64,000 bases of DNA from a virus (Duplodnaviria > Heunggongvirae > Uroviricota > Caudoviricetes), in the IMG/VR virus record IMGVR_UViG_3300042896_000947, positions 46,159 to 110,158 of that record; one strand, 5' to 3'. The notes beneath the pieces were generated by a model. That model made no database searches, was not told the origin of the DNA, and worked only from the letters and a program-made list of their open reading frames with translations. Below, piece by piece: positions 36,192 through 45,865 of this stretch; the stretch's first letter is position 1, and every line of letters begins with the position of its first letter. Made by a program: the position numbers and the translations under genes.

Positions 36192-36491
36192 TTACGGCGT
36201 CTTGATCACGCGCGTTTCAAACATGGCACCCGCCTTGGGGTACTCGTCCATAAATAGCCTGGCATAGTGGCAGGTGAAGCGGTTGTCGATCTTGAACGGC
36301 TTGCCGGCCGTCACCGACCAGCCCGCGCCGGTTGTGGTGATGGTGCATTCCCAGCGAATCCGCTCGATCAGCAGCTTGGAGGACAGGCGCTTGACGCCGG
36401 CCCGGATGGCCTCGGCGGCAAAGCGCTTGAACAAGCCATACACGCCAGGATTCGCCGCGTGAAAGGTCAGAAACTTGTCCTTGACAGTCAT
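36192..36491 (-). CDS. Hypothetical protein (99 aa)
   Basis: RBS AAGGAG. Coupled to the upstream ATPase gene. Confidence 0.5.
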   Translation of the reverse strand: MTVKDKFLTFHAANPGVYGLFKRFAAEAIRAGVKRLSSKLLIERIRWECTITTTGAGWSVTAGKPFKIDNRFTCHYARLFMDEYPKAGAMFETRVIKTP

Positions 36492-36503
36492 GGTCAGGCT
36501 CCT

Positions 36504-37012
36504 TTAGTCGCAGCTGCCGCCTTCCGTGTCGTCGGCCTTCTTGCGCTCCATCGGCACCACAGGCACCCGGGCGCTCTGCACCGCCGTCATGAGATCCAAG
36601 CCGAAGTCGTCGGCGATGGCGTGCAGGTCACGCAGCACCAGAAGCAAGTCCTCGCGCAGGTTGCCCGTGGCCTTGTTGGGTGCCATCAGGTTGGCAAAGT
36701 CGACGAACACGGCGTCAAAAACGCGACCGCCCTCGCGGCACACTTCGAGCCAACCTATCAGGTCGTCCGGCGTGATGGCCTTGACGCCGACGGGCCACAC
36801 CGACAGCGTGCCGGAGTTGCGCAGCGCACTGTCAAAGCGCAGCCGCAGGCTGTCCTCGGTCTCCTCGAAGGTGACGAACAGCACCTGACGGCTGCGCAGC
36901 AGCGCAGCCTTGGCGGCATTGACCAGCGCCATGGTCTTGCCGGAGTGGGCCGGGCCTTCGATGATGGTGAGGCGGTCGACGACCGCGCCGGCTCTTGGCT
37001 TGACAGAATTCA
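36504..37012 (-). CDS. RecA-like P-loop ATPase (Sak4/KaiC-core-like)
   Basis: Start MNSVKPRAG. Walker A GPAHSGKT, and Walker B-like VFVDFAN. Confidence 0.5.
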
Positions 37013-37317
37013 TAATGGACTCCCGAGGGTGGAAAAACATGCAGCGGTGCGCTGCCCTAAAAATATAATTATGCCCACCATGTTCAGGCAGCAGTGACTG
37101 ATCTTAACATGGGCCGAAAGCCCTTCCCGACGCAGACCGAAGCGCCCGCGCGCCTTGTTCGCTGCCCGCTACAGCGCCCCTGCCGACGCTCGGAGCATGT
37201 GGGGCAAGGGGTAGGTATGCCCTGCGCCCCGCGCTGGTGCCGAGCCCGGCGTGCTGCCTGCCCCGTGGGCGTAAAAAAGCAGGCCGAAGCCTGCTTGTGT
37301 GGTGGAGAGGCCCAGCG

Positions 37318-37743
37318 CTACCAGGCGCCGGCGCCCGGGATGCTTGGCGCGCTCGGTGCGGCGGGCGCAAATGCGGGAGCGTCCGGTCGGGCAACTGGCC
37401 CCGGTGCCAGTGCGGGTATCACGGGCACCCATGCGCCGAGTGAAGCGGGCTTGTCCTCGCCCACCATGCGGCACATGCCGGGCGACACACGCCACTTCTG
37501 CGTCGGGGTGTCAACCTCGTGGCAGCTGAGCGACTTGCCGTTGACGCGGTCCACCCGGGCGCGCACGGTGCGGCCCTTGCGCGTCGAGTGGAACTCGATC
37601 AGGTCGCCGCGCTTGAACTTGGCGCCGGCCTCTGCGGTCATGGGCGGCGAGCCGAGGGTGGTCATGCGCGCCGAAATGTACTTTTGCAGTTCGAGCAGCT
37701 GGAAAACGGTCATGCCGTCGATACGGGCCTTGGTTTCAATCAC
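37318..37743 (-). CDS. Hypothetical protein with Pro/Ala-rich C-terminal tail
   Basis: 141 aa ORF. Terminator AAGCAGGC-ttcg-GCCTGCTT + T6 downstream (37270-37300). Confidence 0.45.
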   Translation of the reverse strand: MIETKARIDGMTVFQLLELQKYISARMTTLGSPPMTAEAGAKFKRGDLIEFHSTRKGRTVRARVDRVNGKSLSCHEVDTPTQKWRVSPGMCRMVGEDKPASLGAWVPVIPALAPGPVARPDAPAFAPAAPSAPSIPGAGAW

Positions 37744-37801
37744 GGGAGGTTCCTTGTGGTGGGGTGGTCAAGCGCGGGGCCGAAGCCCCGTGTGGAGTGG
37801 G

Positions 37802-39037
37802 TTACAGCAGCGCCTCATCGAGCAGGGCGGCTTCGAGTGAGGTCGTGTCCTCGGCCTCGAAAGCAGCGGCGTCGGTCTCGTCGGTCTCGAAATCCGCCGC
37901 AGTCAGGTCGGGCGTCGAAGCAGCTGCGATTTCCGAGACCACTGCGGCGGGCGCAGCAGGGGCGGCGAAGAGCATGCTGTTCGCTTTCATCGCCAGCAAG
38001 CTGTCGGGGTTGAGAACGAAGCGGCCCTTGCCGACCGAGGTGATGATCTTCAAGCCCGACAGCGCTGCCAGGTTGTTCCCGCCCATGGCGCGGGCAGCAC
38101 CCGGGCTGTACGGCTTGCTGATCAGGTCCAGGTACAGGTTGCCCGTCGCCCCGGTGGCGACGAACCCGTCTTTTTCCAGCAGCTTGAAGATGCGCAGCGT
38201 GACTTCGGACATGCTCGACTTCTTGCCGGCGAGGTATTCCACCAGCTTGACCGCCCAATTCTGTGCCTTGCCCGACATGCCCCGGATGATGACCATCGTC
38301 TCTTCCATCTTCGCGGCCAGTTCGTCCTCGTTGACCGCGTCGGCCAGCGTCAAGACGCTGTACTCGCCCAGGCTGGTGCCCAGCTTGTCCTTCAGGCGCT
38401 CGGTCTTGTCGGTGTAGTGCTTGCGCGGCACCGGAACGCGCTTGGTCTTCTCGCCTTTTTCACCCGCGATGACGGCGGGGTCGAGCGGCACGTCAGAGGC
38501 GTCGCCCGACGGGATGGCACCGGCGTCAACGACACCGACCGGGGTGGCGGCAAACACCGTGGCTTCGGTCGCTTCGGCGCTCGACACCGCAGCTTCGAGC
38601 ATGGCGTCGTCCATCTCGACCACCGCAGGGGCGGCGAGCACTACTGCTGGCGCATTGAGCGAGGCGATCAGGTCGCTCAGCGCCATGTCGGTCGTGCTGG
38701 CGTCGGGAGCGGCAGCAACGACAGCGGCGGGCGTGACCACCTCGTCGGCGACTTCGAGCGACGCCATCAGGTCGTTCAGGGCGTCGTCACCGGCGGGGTC
38801 CGCAAGCGCTGCGGCGGGCAGGTCGAGCGACTCGACCTCGGCGCGCTCGATGATCTCGTCCGGCTCGCCCAGGCTGGAGATCAGATCGCTCAAGGCGTTG
38901 TCACCGGCGTCGATGAACTGCGTGGCGTGTGCCAGCAGCAAGGTGTCTTCGGCGACCGCTGGGGCAGCAGCGGCGCGGGTGTTCTTTGCAGCGCGGGGAG
39001 TGCGGGGAGCCTTGGGGGCGGTATTTTTAGCAACCAT
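37802..39037 (-). CDS. Hypothetical acidic protein with three internal ALSDLISSLxxxDE-type repeats
   Basis: Start MVAKNTAPKAPRTPRAAK (RBS GAGG). Repeats ALSDLISSLGEPDEI, ALNDLMASLEVADEV and ALSDLIASLNAPAV. Confidence 0.45.
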   Translation of the reverse strand: MVAKNTAPKAPRTPRAAKNTRAAAAPAVAEDTLLLAHATQFIDAGDNALSDLISSLGEPDEIIERAEVESLDLPAAALADPAGDDALNDLMASLEVADEVVTPAAVVAAAPDASTTDMALSDLIASLNAPAVVLAAPAVVEMDDAMLEAAVSSAEATEATVFAATPVGVVDAGAIPSGDASDVPLDPAVIAGEKGEKTKRVPVPRKHYTDKTERLKDKLGTSLGEYSVLTLADAVNEDELAAKMEETMVIIRGMSGKAQNWAVKLVEYLAGKKSSMSEVTLRIFKLLEKDGFVATGATGNLYLDLISKPYSPGAARAMGGNNLAALSGLKIITSVGKGRFVLNPDSLLAMKANSMLFAAPAAPAAVVSEIAAASTPDLTAADFETDETDAAAFEAEDTTSLEAALLDEALL

Positions 39038-39107
39038 GAAGAGCCTCACTTTGGTAGTGGTGGAACATAAAACATCGGTCAAATTATTTTGAACCGATAA
39101 AAGTATT

Positions 39108-39123
39108 GTCAGAGCTGACTGAC
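39108..39123. promoter_or_regulatory. Palindrome GTCAG-ag-CTGAC(TGAC) upstream of 37802..39037, plus IR ATCGGT-N13-ACCGAT at 39074-39098
   Basis: Seen directly. Confidence 0.5.
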
Positions 39124-39367
39124 GGCTGGTGCTTGTTCTTCCCGGCCCCGTTCAACCCCTTCAACCTGATCGGACAAGCTGCTTGCGCTGTTTGCTTTCC
39201 CGATGACTTATTGTGATGCGCCCCTTTCGGCGGGGCGCAGCGAAATCTGGCTGCGTTTTGCTGAATAAGGTGCGCGCGCCGCGCGCGAATACCACGGGCT
39301 TGTCGGCGCTGCGCTGGCACCAAAAAAGGGCGCCGAAGCGCCCTTTTGCTGGCGGCCGACACTGCGG

Positions 39368-39640
39368 CTATCGCGGCATGGCCCTGGAGTCCGGAATCTC
39401 GATTTCGACGGCAAACGGCACCCCGTTGCCGCCAAGGTGAATCGCGCCGTTGTCGCCGCCAAAGGTCTGAATCAGGCTCCACAGCTGCCAGCGGGACCAG
39501 CCTTCGGCGTTCTCAACGGGCGCGCAGTAGGCGAGGCCGTGGTTTGTCTGCGCCTTGAACGTCGCAAAGCGTGCGGCATGAAAGGCGCGCCCCGCTGGCG
39601 TGAGTCGCACCTTCACTTCCTCATTGATGTTGAATATCAT
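39368..39640 (-). CDS. Hypothetical protein (90 aa)
   Basis: Terminator GGGCGC-ttcg-GCGCCC + T6 downstream (39322-39352). Confidence 0.45.
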   Translation of the reverse strand: MIFNINEEVKVRLTPAGRAFHAARFATFKAQTNHGLAYCAPVENAEGWSRWQLWSLIQTFGGDNGAIHLGGNGVPFAVEIEIPDSRAMPR

Positions 39641-39681
39641 TTTTGCTCCTAGCTAGTCAAGGTTTCAAGCCGAATACAAAT

Positions 39682-40173
39682 TCAGGCGATGTTCGCGGGG
39701 TGGCCCGGGATGACGGTGCCCTCCGGGAGCTGGCCGGCATCCTGGGCCAGCAGCATCATCACGTCCAGCACCACCAGATCGCAGCCCTGTGCCAGCGCCT
39801 CTTGCCCCTGTGATTCGCTCAGCAGCATGCTGTCCATGCGCTCTTCCAGCGTGACATCAACGCCCGAGAGCCGGCCGCGCAGCCCGCTCACCAGCAGCGC
39901 CAGCGTCGTGAGCGGCACCAGCGCGATGGCGGCGGCCGCATACAGCAGTCGGAAGTTGAACAGTGGGCTGACGATTTCGGTCGCCACGCGGTAGGGCAGC
40001 GAGAGCAGGTTGCCGCCCGTGCCGATCCACAGGCTGTTGAGGTAGCTGCGGTTGGGCCGGTCCAGCACCATCTGGTGAATGCCGGGGAACCACATGGGCT
40101 TGAGCGCGGCGGCGGGGTTGACAATGTAACGGGGTGGCGTGATGTTCAAAATGGGGTTTCTTTCTGTTTTCAA
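39682..40173 (-). CDS. Hypothetical protein with C-terminal hydrophobic segments (163 aa)
   Basis: ORF only. Confidence 0.4.
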   Translation of the reverse strand: MKTERNPILNITPPRYIVNPAAALKPMWFPGIHQMVLDRPNRSYLNSLWIGTGGNLLSLPYRVATEIVSPLFNFRLLYAAAAIALVPLTTLALLVSGLRGRLSGVDVTLEERMDSMLLSESQGQEALAQGCDLVVLDVMMLLAQDAGQLPEGTVIPGHPANIA

Positions 40174-40293
40174 GGGGTCAAGGGGTCAGTATCGGGACGA
40201 GCAGCAGGCCCAGCGTCATCCCGATCAGCACACAGCCGCCCATCAGGTAGGCGAGGTCCGCGCGCGAGAAGGCCATGCCCGGGGCGCTGCGCT

Positions 40294-40878
40294 TCATTTC
40301 TTTTTCTCCTTCGGCACGCTGTAGCGGTACGGCTCGGCGGGCACTGTGAAGAAGCCTCGGTCGCGCTGGCTGAAAAAGCTCGCCATCATGACCTCCACGT
40401 CATACGCGGCGCGGTGGGCCTTGGCCTTGTCGTACTCGACGCCGCAGGCAAAGCACAGTGCCGCCAGATTGGGGATGGCGCCGTCCGGGGTGGCCCAGCG
40501 CGCCTCCAGCATCGTGTCCACCAGGCGCAGCTCGGGCAGCGGCACGCCGACGCGCAAGAACTCGCCCCACAGGAAGGGCGCGTCGAACCCCAGCCCGTTG
40601 TGCGCCACCATCACCGAGCAGCGCGAGAGCAGCGCCGACAGCTTGGGTGCGATGGTGAGCCAGGTCGGCTTGCCCGCCAGCGACTCGTAGCTGATGCCGT
40701 GTACCGCCTGGGCCTTGGGGTCGATGCCCCGCTCTGGATTCAGCTGCGTCTCAAAGCGGCCCAGCTCCCGGCCGGAGTTCAGCTCGTAGATCACTGCCGC
40801 GACTTCGACAATGCGGTGCCCTTCGGGCTGGCTCAGCCCGGTGGTTTCCAGGTCAAGCCCGGCAACGAGTTCAACCAT
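40294..40878 (-). CDS. DnaQ-like 3'-5' exonuclease (DEDDh, DNA pol III epsilon-like)
   Basis: Start MVELVAGLDLETTGL (Exo I). ..MVAHNGLGFDAPFL.. (Exo II). ..HRAAYDVEV.. (Exo III). Confidence 0.75.
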   Translation of the reverse strand: MVELVAGLDLETTGLSQPEGHRIVEVAAVIYELNSGRELGRFETQLNPERGIDPKAQAVHGISYESLAGKPTWLTIAPKLSALLSRCSVMVAHNGLGFDAPFLWGEFLRVGVPLPELRLVDTMLEARWATPDGAIPNLAALCFACGVEYDKAKAHRAAYDVEVMMASFFSQRDRGFFTVPAEPYRYSVPKEKKK

Positions 40879-41041
40879 GGCTGGCCTCCTCGCAGAGCTG
40901 GACAAAGACCGCCAGCGCGAACTTGTCGAGCGTGAACAGGCTTTCTTCGGGGCCGGCCCAGCGCCATTGGGAGCGTGGGAATTTCAGTTTCTTCATGGGT
41001 GCCTCTTGTAGTCAGCGGTGACTTAATTGTCACGCCCGCTT

Positions 41042-41383
41042 TCAGGCGGGTTGCGAGAATTCTTCGATCAGCGAATTGAGCCAGGCCAGGCGCGTGGCTT
41101 GCATCTTTTGGCCTTCGGACGTGCTGAAGTCCGTCATCATTTCGGTGAGCAGCGCAGGGTGGCGGAACTTGATCCAGTCTGACAGCGTAGCGTGGCCGCA
41201 AAGACGCTCGCTGATCACCGCGCGCGCGGCAGATGCGGTGGTGAAGCTGATCTTGTCGTCCTCATTCGCATTGCCCAGCGCCCAGCAGATGAATTCGGAC
41301 CGCGTGGTCGTCTCATGACGGGTCTCGGACAGGTAGTCCCTGGCGGCACGAAACGCCGCGGCGATTTCCTTGCGCCTGGTCAT
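41042..41383 (-). CDS. Hypothetical protein (113 aa)
   Basis: ORF. Palindrome AGTCA-gcgg-TGACT at 41010-41023 downstream. Confidence 0.4.
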   Translation of the reverse strand: MTRRKEIAAAFRAARDYLSETRHETTTRSEFICWALGNANEDDKISFTTASAARAVISERLCGHATLSDWIKFRHPALLTEMMTDFSTSEGQKMQATRLAWLNSLIEEFSQPA

Positions 41384-41904
41384 GCCGCCACCGATGCGTT
41401 TGCGCTCTTGGGCCAGCCCATCTTGGCCAGCTCGGAGGCCAGGTTGGCGATCGCCGGAAGCATCGTGCCCTTGACGGCTTCCTCGGGCAGGTACTTGGCA
41501 AACTCGGGCAGACGATCATGGGCTGCCTTGAGCGTGGTGCAGCTCTGGATCACGGCGGCGATCTGCGCTTCGATGGCTTCGCGGGATGCCATCTGCGCCT
41601 TGGCCAGCTTTTGCAGCGCGGTGGCACCAGTGACTGCGCCGGCGCTTGGCTCATAGTGCTTGAAAACAGTGACGGTGCCGACCATGGAGCTGTAGCGGTG
41701 GCCGGGCGGGCCGTAGGAGGACTCGCCAGTGAGCAGGTAGCAGCGCAGCGCCTTGTCCTTGAGCAGCGCGGCGATCTTGGGCGGCGCAACGACCAGCATG
41801 TCATCCTCGATCAGCTTTTTGAACTGCTCGGCATAGTCGATCGACGGCAGGTCAAGCATGACGGCAGAAACGAACGCCTGGCGGTGGTAATTGGTGAGCT
41901 TCAT
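41380..41904 (-). CDS. Hypothetical protein (174 aa)
   Basis: ATGA overlap with the next gene. Confidence 0.45.
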   Translation of the reverse strand: MKLTNYHRQAFVSAVMLDLPSIDYAEQFKKLIEDDMLVVAPPKIAALLKDKALRCYLLTGESSYGPPGHRYSSMVGTVTVFKHYEPSAGAVTGATALQKLAKAQMASREAIEAQIAAVIQSCTTLKAAHDRLPEFAKYLPEEAVKGTMLPAIANLASELAKMGWPKSANASVAA

Positions 41905-41953
41905 GGGGTGGCTGCTTTCATAAAATGCTGCATCGCAGCGGGTTGAGGTTCAA

Positions 41954-42472
41954 TTATTCAGCGACGGTCTCGGCAGCGAGCAGTCGGTCGATGCGGGCCA
42001 GAAACAGCGCCTTGTCGGTCAAGTTCTCGTCCGGGTCTTCCTCGCAGTCGCCTTCGTCGCGCGTGGCGAACAGGTGTTCTGCCTGCTTGAACGTGAGGTT
42101 GAACAGCGGCGCCATCGCCAGGTCGTAGTCCGACTGACTTTCGGTGGACACGCCCCGGTAGTCGAGGCAGTAGTCTGCGTTGCCGCCGTATGAGCAGCAC
42201 GATGCCGTCAGGCCCAGCGCCTGAAAGCGCGGGGTCAGCGCGAGCCAGCCCGCTGCGCAGGCGATCGTGCCGCAGCCTGCGCTCAGGTCACCGTCGGCTG
42301 CGATCGAACCGAAGGCACCGGCGCCGCGCTCGGTGACGATCTGGCTCAGGTCAAACTGGCGCGTCGGGATGCTGGCCAGCATCTCGCGGGCCTCGCGCAG
42401 CAGCGCGTAGTTTGGCGGCCCCACTGGCACGAAGTGGTACAGGCGGTCGTAAGGGGTCAATTCGAGGCTCAT
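41954..42472 (-). CDS. Hypothetical protein (172 aa)
   Basis: Start MSLELTPYDRLYHF. The N-terminal extension in the ORF track is rejected. Confidence 0.45.
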   Translation of the reverse strand: MSLELTPYDRLYHFVPVGPPNYALLREAREMLASIPTRQFDLSQIVTERGAGAFGSIAADGDLSAGCGTIACAAGWLALTPRFQALGLTASCCSYGGNADYCLDYRGVSTESQSDYDLAMAPLFNLTFKQAEHLFATRDEGDCEEDPDENLTDKALFLARIDRLLAAETVAE

Positions 42473-42505
42473 AAAACGCTCCTTCATAAAAATCAGTTTA
42501 CTCTT

Positions 42506-42535
42506 GCATCTAGTCAGAATTGACTGACTAGATGC
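42506..42535. promoter_or_regulatory. Perfect 12-bp-arm palindrome GCATCTAGTCAG-aattga-CTGACTAGATGC
   Basis: Seen directly. Lies upstream of the gene starting at 42472. Confidence 0.6.
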
Positions 42536-42558
42536 AATGATAAACAGACTCGCTCGGC

Positions 42559-43380
42559 TTACTTCACGTTGATGAAGGGCGTGACACCACCAGCCTGGGT
42601 CGTGGGCAAGACACCGTTCCATTTTTCAATCGCCTGCAGCTGCACATACTCCGCCCCGCCGTTGGCCGAGATGGCAGAGGCACGCAGCTTGATGGCGTCA
42701 GCGTCACCGGCCGCCTCGACACGCTTGCGTTCGGCTTCAGCGCGAGCCAGGATCACTTCCTTTTCCTTGGCGGCGATCTGGAAGTCACGCGTGGCCGCTT
42801 CCTTGATGGACGCTTCGAGCGCCGGGTCGGTCTTGAGCGTTCGCACATTGGCCGAGCGCACAAAGAACCAGCCCTTGCCGGCCGACTCGTCCAGGTCTTT
42901 TTGCAGCGCCTTCACCACATTGGCCGCAATCGCCGTTCGTTCGGTGTGAATCGTCGCCGAGCTGAACTTGGTCACCGCGTCGTAGATGGCTTCGCGGGCT
43001 TGGCGCGTCACATAGTTGATGCCGACCCGGGCGCCGTCTTCGCCCTTGACTTCCGTCAAGTCACCCGGCCAGCGCATCATGATTTCAGAGGCATGCGCCG
43101 GGTCGATCTGGATATACAGGTCGATGTCCAGGTCGGCCAGGCTGATCTTGTCGAGCGTTTGCGGCTTGAGGTCTTCGAGCGAGACAACCATTTCCTTGCC
43201 GCTGACTTCCGTCACACTCTTGAACATCGTCAAGTGAACGCCGGCGGGCATGATCTCCTTCTTGGTCTGCCCCATCGACTTTTCGACGCCGACGTTGCCG
43301 GTGTCAATCTGGGTGCACCCTGCGGACAGCGCCATGGCGCCGGCAATGAAGGCAAGAGAGAGGAAGCGAAAGTGTTTCAT
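42559..43380 (-). CDS. SPFH/band-7 (prohibitin/HflK-like) domain lipoprotein
   Basis: Signal peptide plus lipobox LSAGC. SPFH-like region, then a coiled-coil tail. Confidence 0.6.
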   Translation of the reverse strand: MKHFRFLSLAFIAGAMALSAGCTQIDTGNVGVEKSMGQTKKEIMPAGVHLTMFKSVTEVSGKEMVVSLEDLKPQTLDKISLADLDIDLYIQIDPAHASEIMMRWPGDLTEVKGEDGARVGINYVTRQAREAIYDAVTKFSSATIHTERTAIAANVVKALQKDLDESAGKGWFFVRSANVRTLKTDPALEASIKEAATRDFQIAAKEKEVILARAEAERKRVEAAGDADAIKLRASAISANGGAEYVQLQAIEKWNGVLPTTQAGGVTPFINVK

Positions 43381-43404
43381 AGGGTTTTCCTTGGTTGAAA
43401 CGGG

Positions 43405-43596
43405 TTACAGAACTTGGAGAGAGGCGAAATTCACAGCGACCCAGATGCCCGACAGGACAACGAGGGCGATCAGGCTCAGCGGCACGGCATGGCGGCGCAC
43501 ACGGCGCAACAGGGTGGTCTTTTCACGGCTGGTGCTGGCGTTCCAGGTGAAGTAGCAGAACACCAGCACCAGCGAGAGCAAAACCACCGCCTTCAT
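43405..43596 (-). CDS. Small membrane protein (63 aa)
   Basis: Two hydrophobic helices. Confidence 0.4.
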   Translation of the reverse strand: MKAVVLLSLVLVFCYFTWNASTSREKTTLLRRVRRHAVPLSLIALVVLSGIWVAVNFASLQVL

Positions 43597-44063
43597 GACG
43601 AGGCCACGGCCGAGTGGCTGTCGGTCACCAGGATCGACTGGCCCATGCGCTCGGCCAGGGTGTCGATCAGCTGGCCGGTGGACAGCTCATTGAGGCTCAG
43701 CGCGCGGCCACGTCCGGGGTCGTCGATACCGATGGACTCGGCCGACAAGCCGACCTTTTCGCTGATCGCGGCAATGAGCTGGCCCCGGGCGCGCATCAGT
43801 TCGCCGGCCGAGCCGAAGATGCGGTGGTTCTTGTAGAGCGAGGTGATGGCGTCGCCGTCGGGCGAGGCAACGCACTCGAACACCGTGTCCGGGAACTTGT
43901 CCAGGCGGTACAGGTAGAAGTGGCCGGTCTCGCGGCTGCCCGCAAACGCATCGCGCTGCGTGTGCTGCGGCTGCTGCTTGAGCGTCAGGGCGATCTCCAG
44001 CGCGATCTTGGCGCTGTTTACGACGACCACGTCGGCGTATTGGGAAAGGGTATCTTGGCTCAC
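43593..44063 (-). CDS. Hypothetical protein (156 aa)
   Basis: ORF, overlapping stop and start. Confidence 0.45.
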   Translation of the reverse strand: MSQDTLSQYADVVVVNSAKIALEIALTLKQQPQHTQRDAFAGSRETGHFYLYRLDKFPDTVFECVASPDGDAITSLYKNHRIFGSAGELMRARGQLIAAISEKVGLSAESIGIDDPGRGRALSLNELSTGQLIDTLAERMGQSILVTDSHSAVASS

Positions 44064-44088
44064 AGGGGCTTTCTTTCAGTTGGGAATT

Positions 44089-44547
44089 TCAGAGTTCCAC
44101 GTAGCCGGACTTGACCAGCGCCGTGAAGAGGTGGGTGAGTTCGGGTTCGCGCAGGCCGGGTTCGCTCTTGACGGGCCGGGTGACGACTTCGCTTTTGAAC
44201 GGCTCCACGCCGGTTTCGACGGCGGGCGGCACCGTGCGGGTGTTGACGATGTAGCCCGTGCCGTCCGCGAGCCAGATGACGGTCAGCACCTTGCCCTTGC
44301 CGATAAAGTGACGCTTCATGGCCGCGCCCGTGGTGCCGGCGCCGGCTGTGGCACTGCACAGTTGGGAAACCTCGCTGCTCACCAGGCCGCTGGTGACGTT
44401 CCACAGCGCCTTGGCGACCAGACCCAAGTCGGCCTTGGTCATGCGGTGCGTCTCGGAGCGATGCACCAGCGTTTCGAGCAGATCCACGGTCTTGCGTTCG
44501 AGTTCGTCCTTGACTGAGGGCGGTTCATCGGAAATAGGGTGGCTCAT
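44089..44547 (-). CDS. Hypothetical protein (152 aa)
   Basis: Start MSHPISDEPP (RBS AAGAGG). Its leader contains an intrinsic terminator (44564-44595). Confidence 0.45.
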   Translation of the reverse strand: MSHPISDEPPSVKDELERKTVDLLETLVHRSETHRMTKADLGLVAKALWNVTSGLVSSEVSQLCSATAGAGTTGAAMKRHFIGKGKVLTVIWLADGTGYIVNTRTVPPAVETGVEPFKSEVVTRPVKSEPGLREPELTHLFTALVKSGYVEL

Positions 44548-44656
44548 TTGCGTACCTCTTAAAAAAATGGGAGGCTCTGTGGCCTCCCTTGGTTTAGCTT
44601 GTTCGCTATTCTTGGGTTTATTATAGTCAGTCATTGCTGACAAACTCAACTATATT

Positions 44657-45301
44657 TCAGTGCAGTCGGATGCCCGCTTGTTTGCTCTGGCTGTGAAGTT
44701 TTTCAGTCACGGTCACGGCATGCGCAACGGCGTTGCGAACGCACGCCACGCGCTGCTCCAGCTTGATGAAGCGGCGTGGAATCAGGTAGTGCCGGGTGTG
44801 CAGCCGCTCGTCCACCAGCAGCCCGCCCAGCGTGAGGTTCAGATGCTCGATGTAGGCGGGGCATGCCAGGGCTTTCCCGCTTGCCTCGACCAGCGCAATG
44901 CCCGGTTGCACCAGCAGCACCGTGGCGAACCAGCGATTTGTCGATTCGATGCAGCGCCGCACATAGTCGTTGACCATCGCTGCCAGCGCCGGTTCGCCCG
45001 CCAGGGTGTTGCGCTGCACATCGGCCACCATGTAGGCGGCCAGGTCCAGCGGGCAGCGGTCGGCGATGAACACCGGCGTGGCCGCGCTGGCATGCGCATA
45101 CTGCTGCTCCAGCGCCAGCAAGATGGCCTCCTGGATCGCCAGGCGCTCCTCGACCGGGTAGACGGCGCTCGGGTCTTTGCCCAGCAGCGCGAAGACCTCG
45201 GAGACGCCGGTCTGCAGGAAGGCGATGTTCGCGGCCTCGGCGAACGCCCTGGCCAGCGTCGTCTTGCCAACCCGGTGTGAGCCTGTCAGGGCGATGTTCA
45301 T
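44657..45301 (-). CDS. P-loop NTPase/kinase (AAA_28, NadR-like ribosylnicotinamide kinase-like)
   Basis: Walker A GSHRVGKTT at the N-terminus. 214 aa. Adjacent to nucleotide-metabolism genes. Confidence 0.5.
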   Translation of the reverse strand: MNIALTGSHRVGKTTLARAFAEAANIAFLQTGVSEVFALLGKDPSAVYPVEERLAIQEAILLALEQQYAHASAATPVFIADRCPLDLAAYMVADVQRNTLAGEPALAAMVNDYVRRCIESTNRWFATVLLVQPGIALVEASGKALACPAYIEHLNLTLGGLLVDERLHTRHYLIPRRFIKLEQRVACVRNAVAHAVTVTEKLHSQSKQAGIRLH

Positions 45302-45306
45302 GGCGT

Positions 45307-45789
45307 TCAGCCCGTCACGCCGATGGCGGTGCTGCAGCCGCCGGTCGAACCAAACCCGCCCGTGCCGCGCACCGTTTCGTGACTGAACTCCTCGACTTCG
45401 ACAAAGCTCGCCTGTTCGACGGGCGTGAAGCAGCCCTGCGCGATGCGGTCGCCGTTGTTGACCTTGAACGGCGACTTCGAGCGGTTGTAGAGCATGATGC
45501 CGATCTCGCCCTGAAAGTCCGAGTCTATTAGCCCGACGCTGTTGGCCAGAATGATGCCCTTGCTGCCGAGGCCGGAGCGCGGCATCAGGGTCAAGGCCCA
45601 GGCGGGCGAGCCGATGAACATGGCGATGCCAGTGCCGATGCGAAGGGTCTCGCCGGGCATCACGACCAGCGGGCCGTCGGGGCAGCAGGCGTGAAAGTCA
45701 GCGCCAGCCGCGCCAGCGGTCTGGTATTTGGGGGCAACGGCCAGGGGGTGAATCTTTTTGAGCTGAACGGGAAGGCGGGGCATGGTCAT
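45307..45789 (-). CDS. dut: dUTP diphosphatase (dUTPase)
   Basis: dUTPase motifs ..RSGLGSKGIILANSVGLIDSDFQGEI.. and ..GTGGFGSTG... Confidence 0.85.
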   Translation of the reverse strand: MTMPRLPVQLKKIHPLAVAPKYQTAGAAGADFHACCPDGPLVVMPGETLRIGTGIAMFIGSPAWALTLMPRSGLGSKGIILANSVGLIDSDFQGEIGIMLYNRSKSPFKVNNGDRIAQGCFTPVEQASFVEVEEFSHETVRGTGGFGSTGGCSTAIGVTG

Positions 45790-45865
45790 GGGAAGGTTCC
45801 TAAAAGTGCTTATAGGGAGGTCGGCGCACGACTTTTTCTTCGGCGCCGATCCAGGGATGGGCGAA

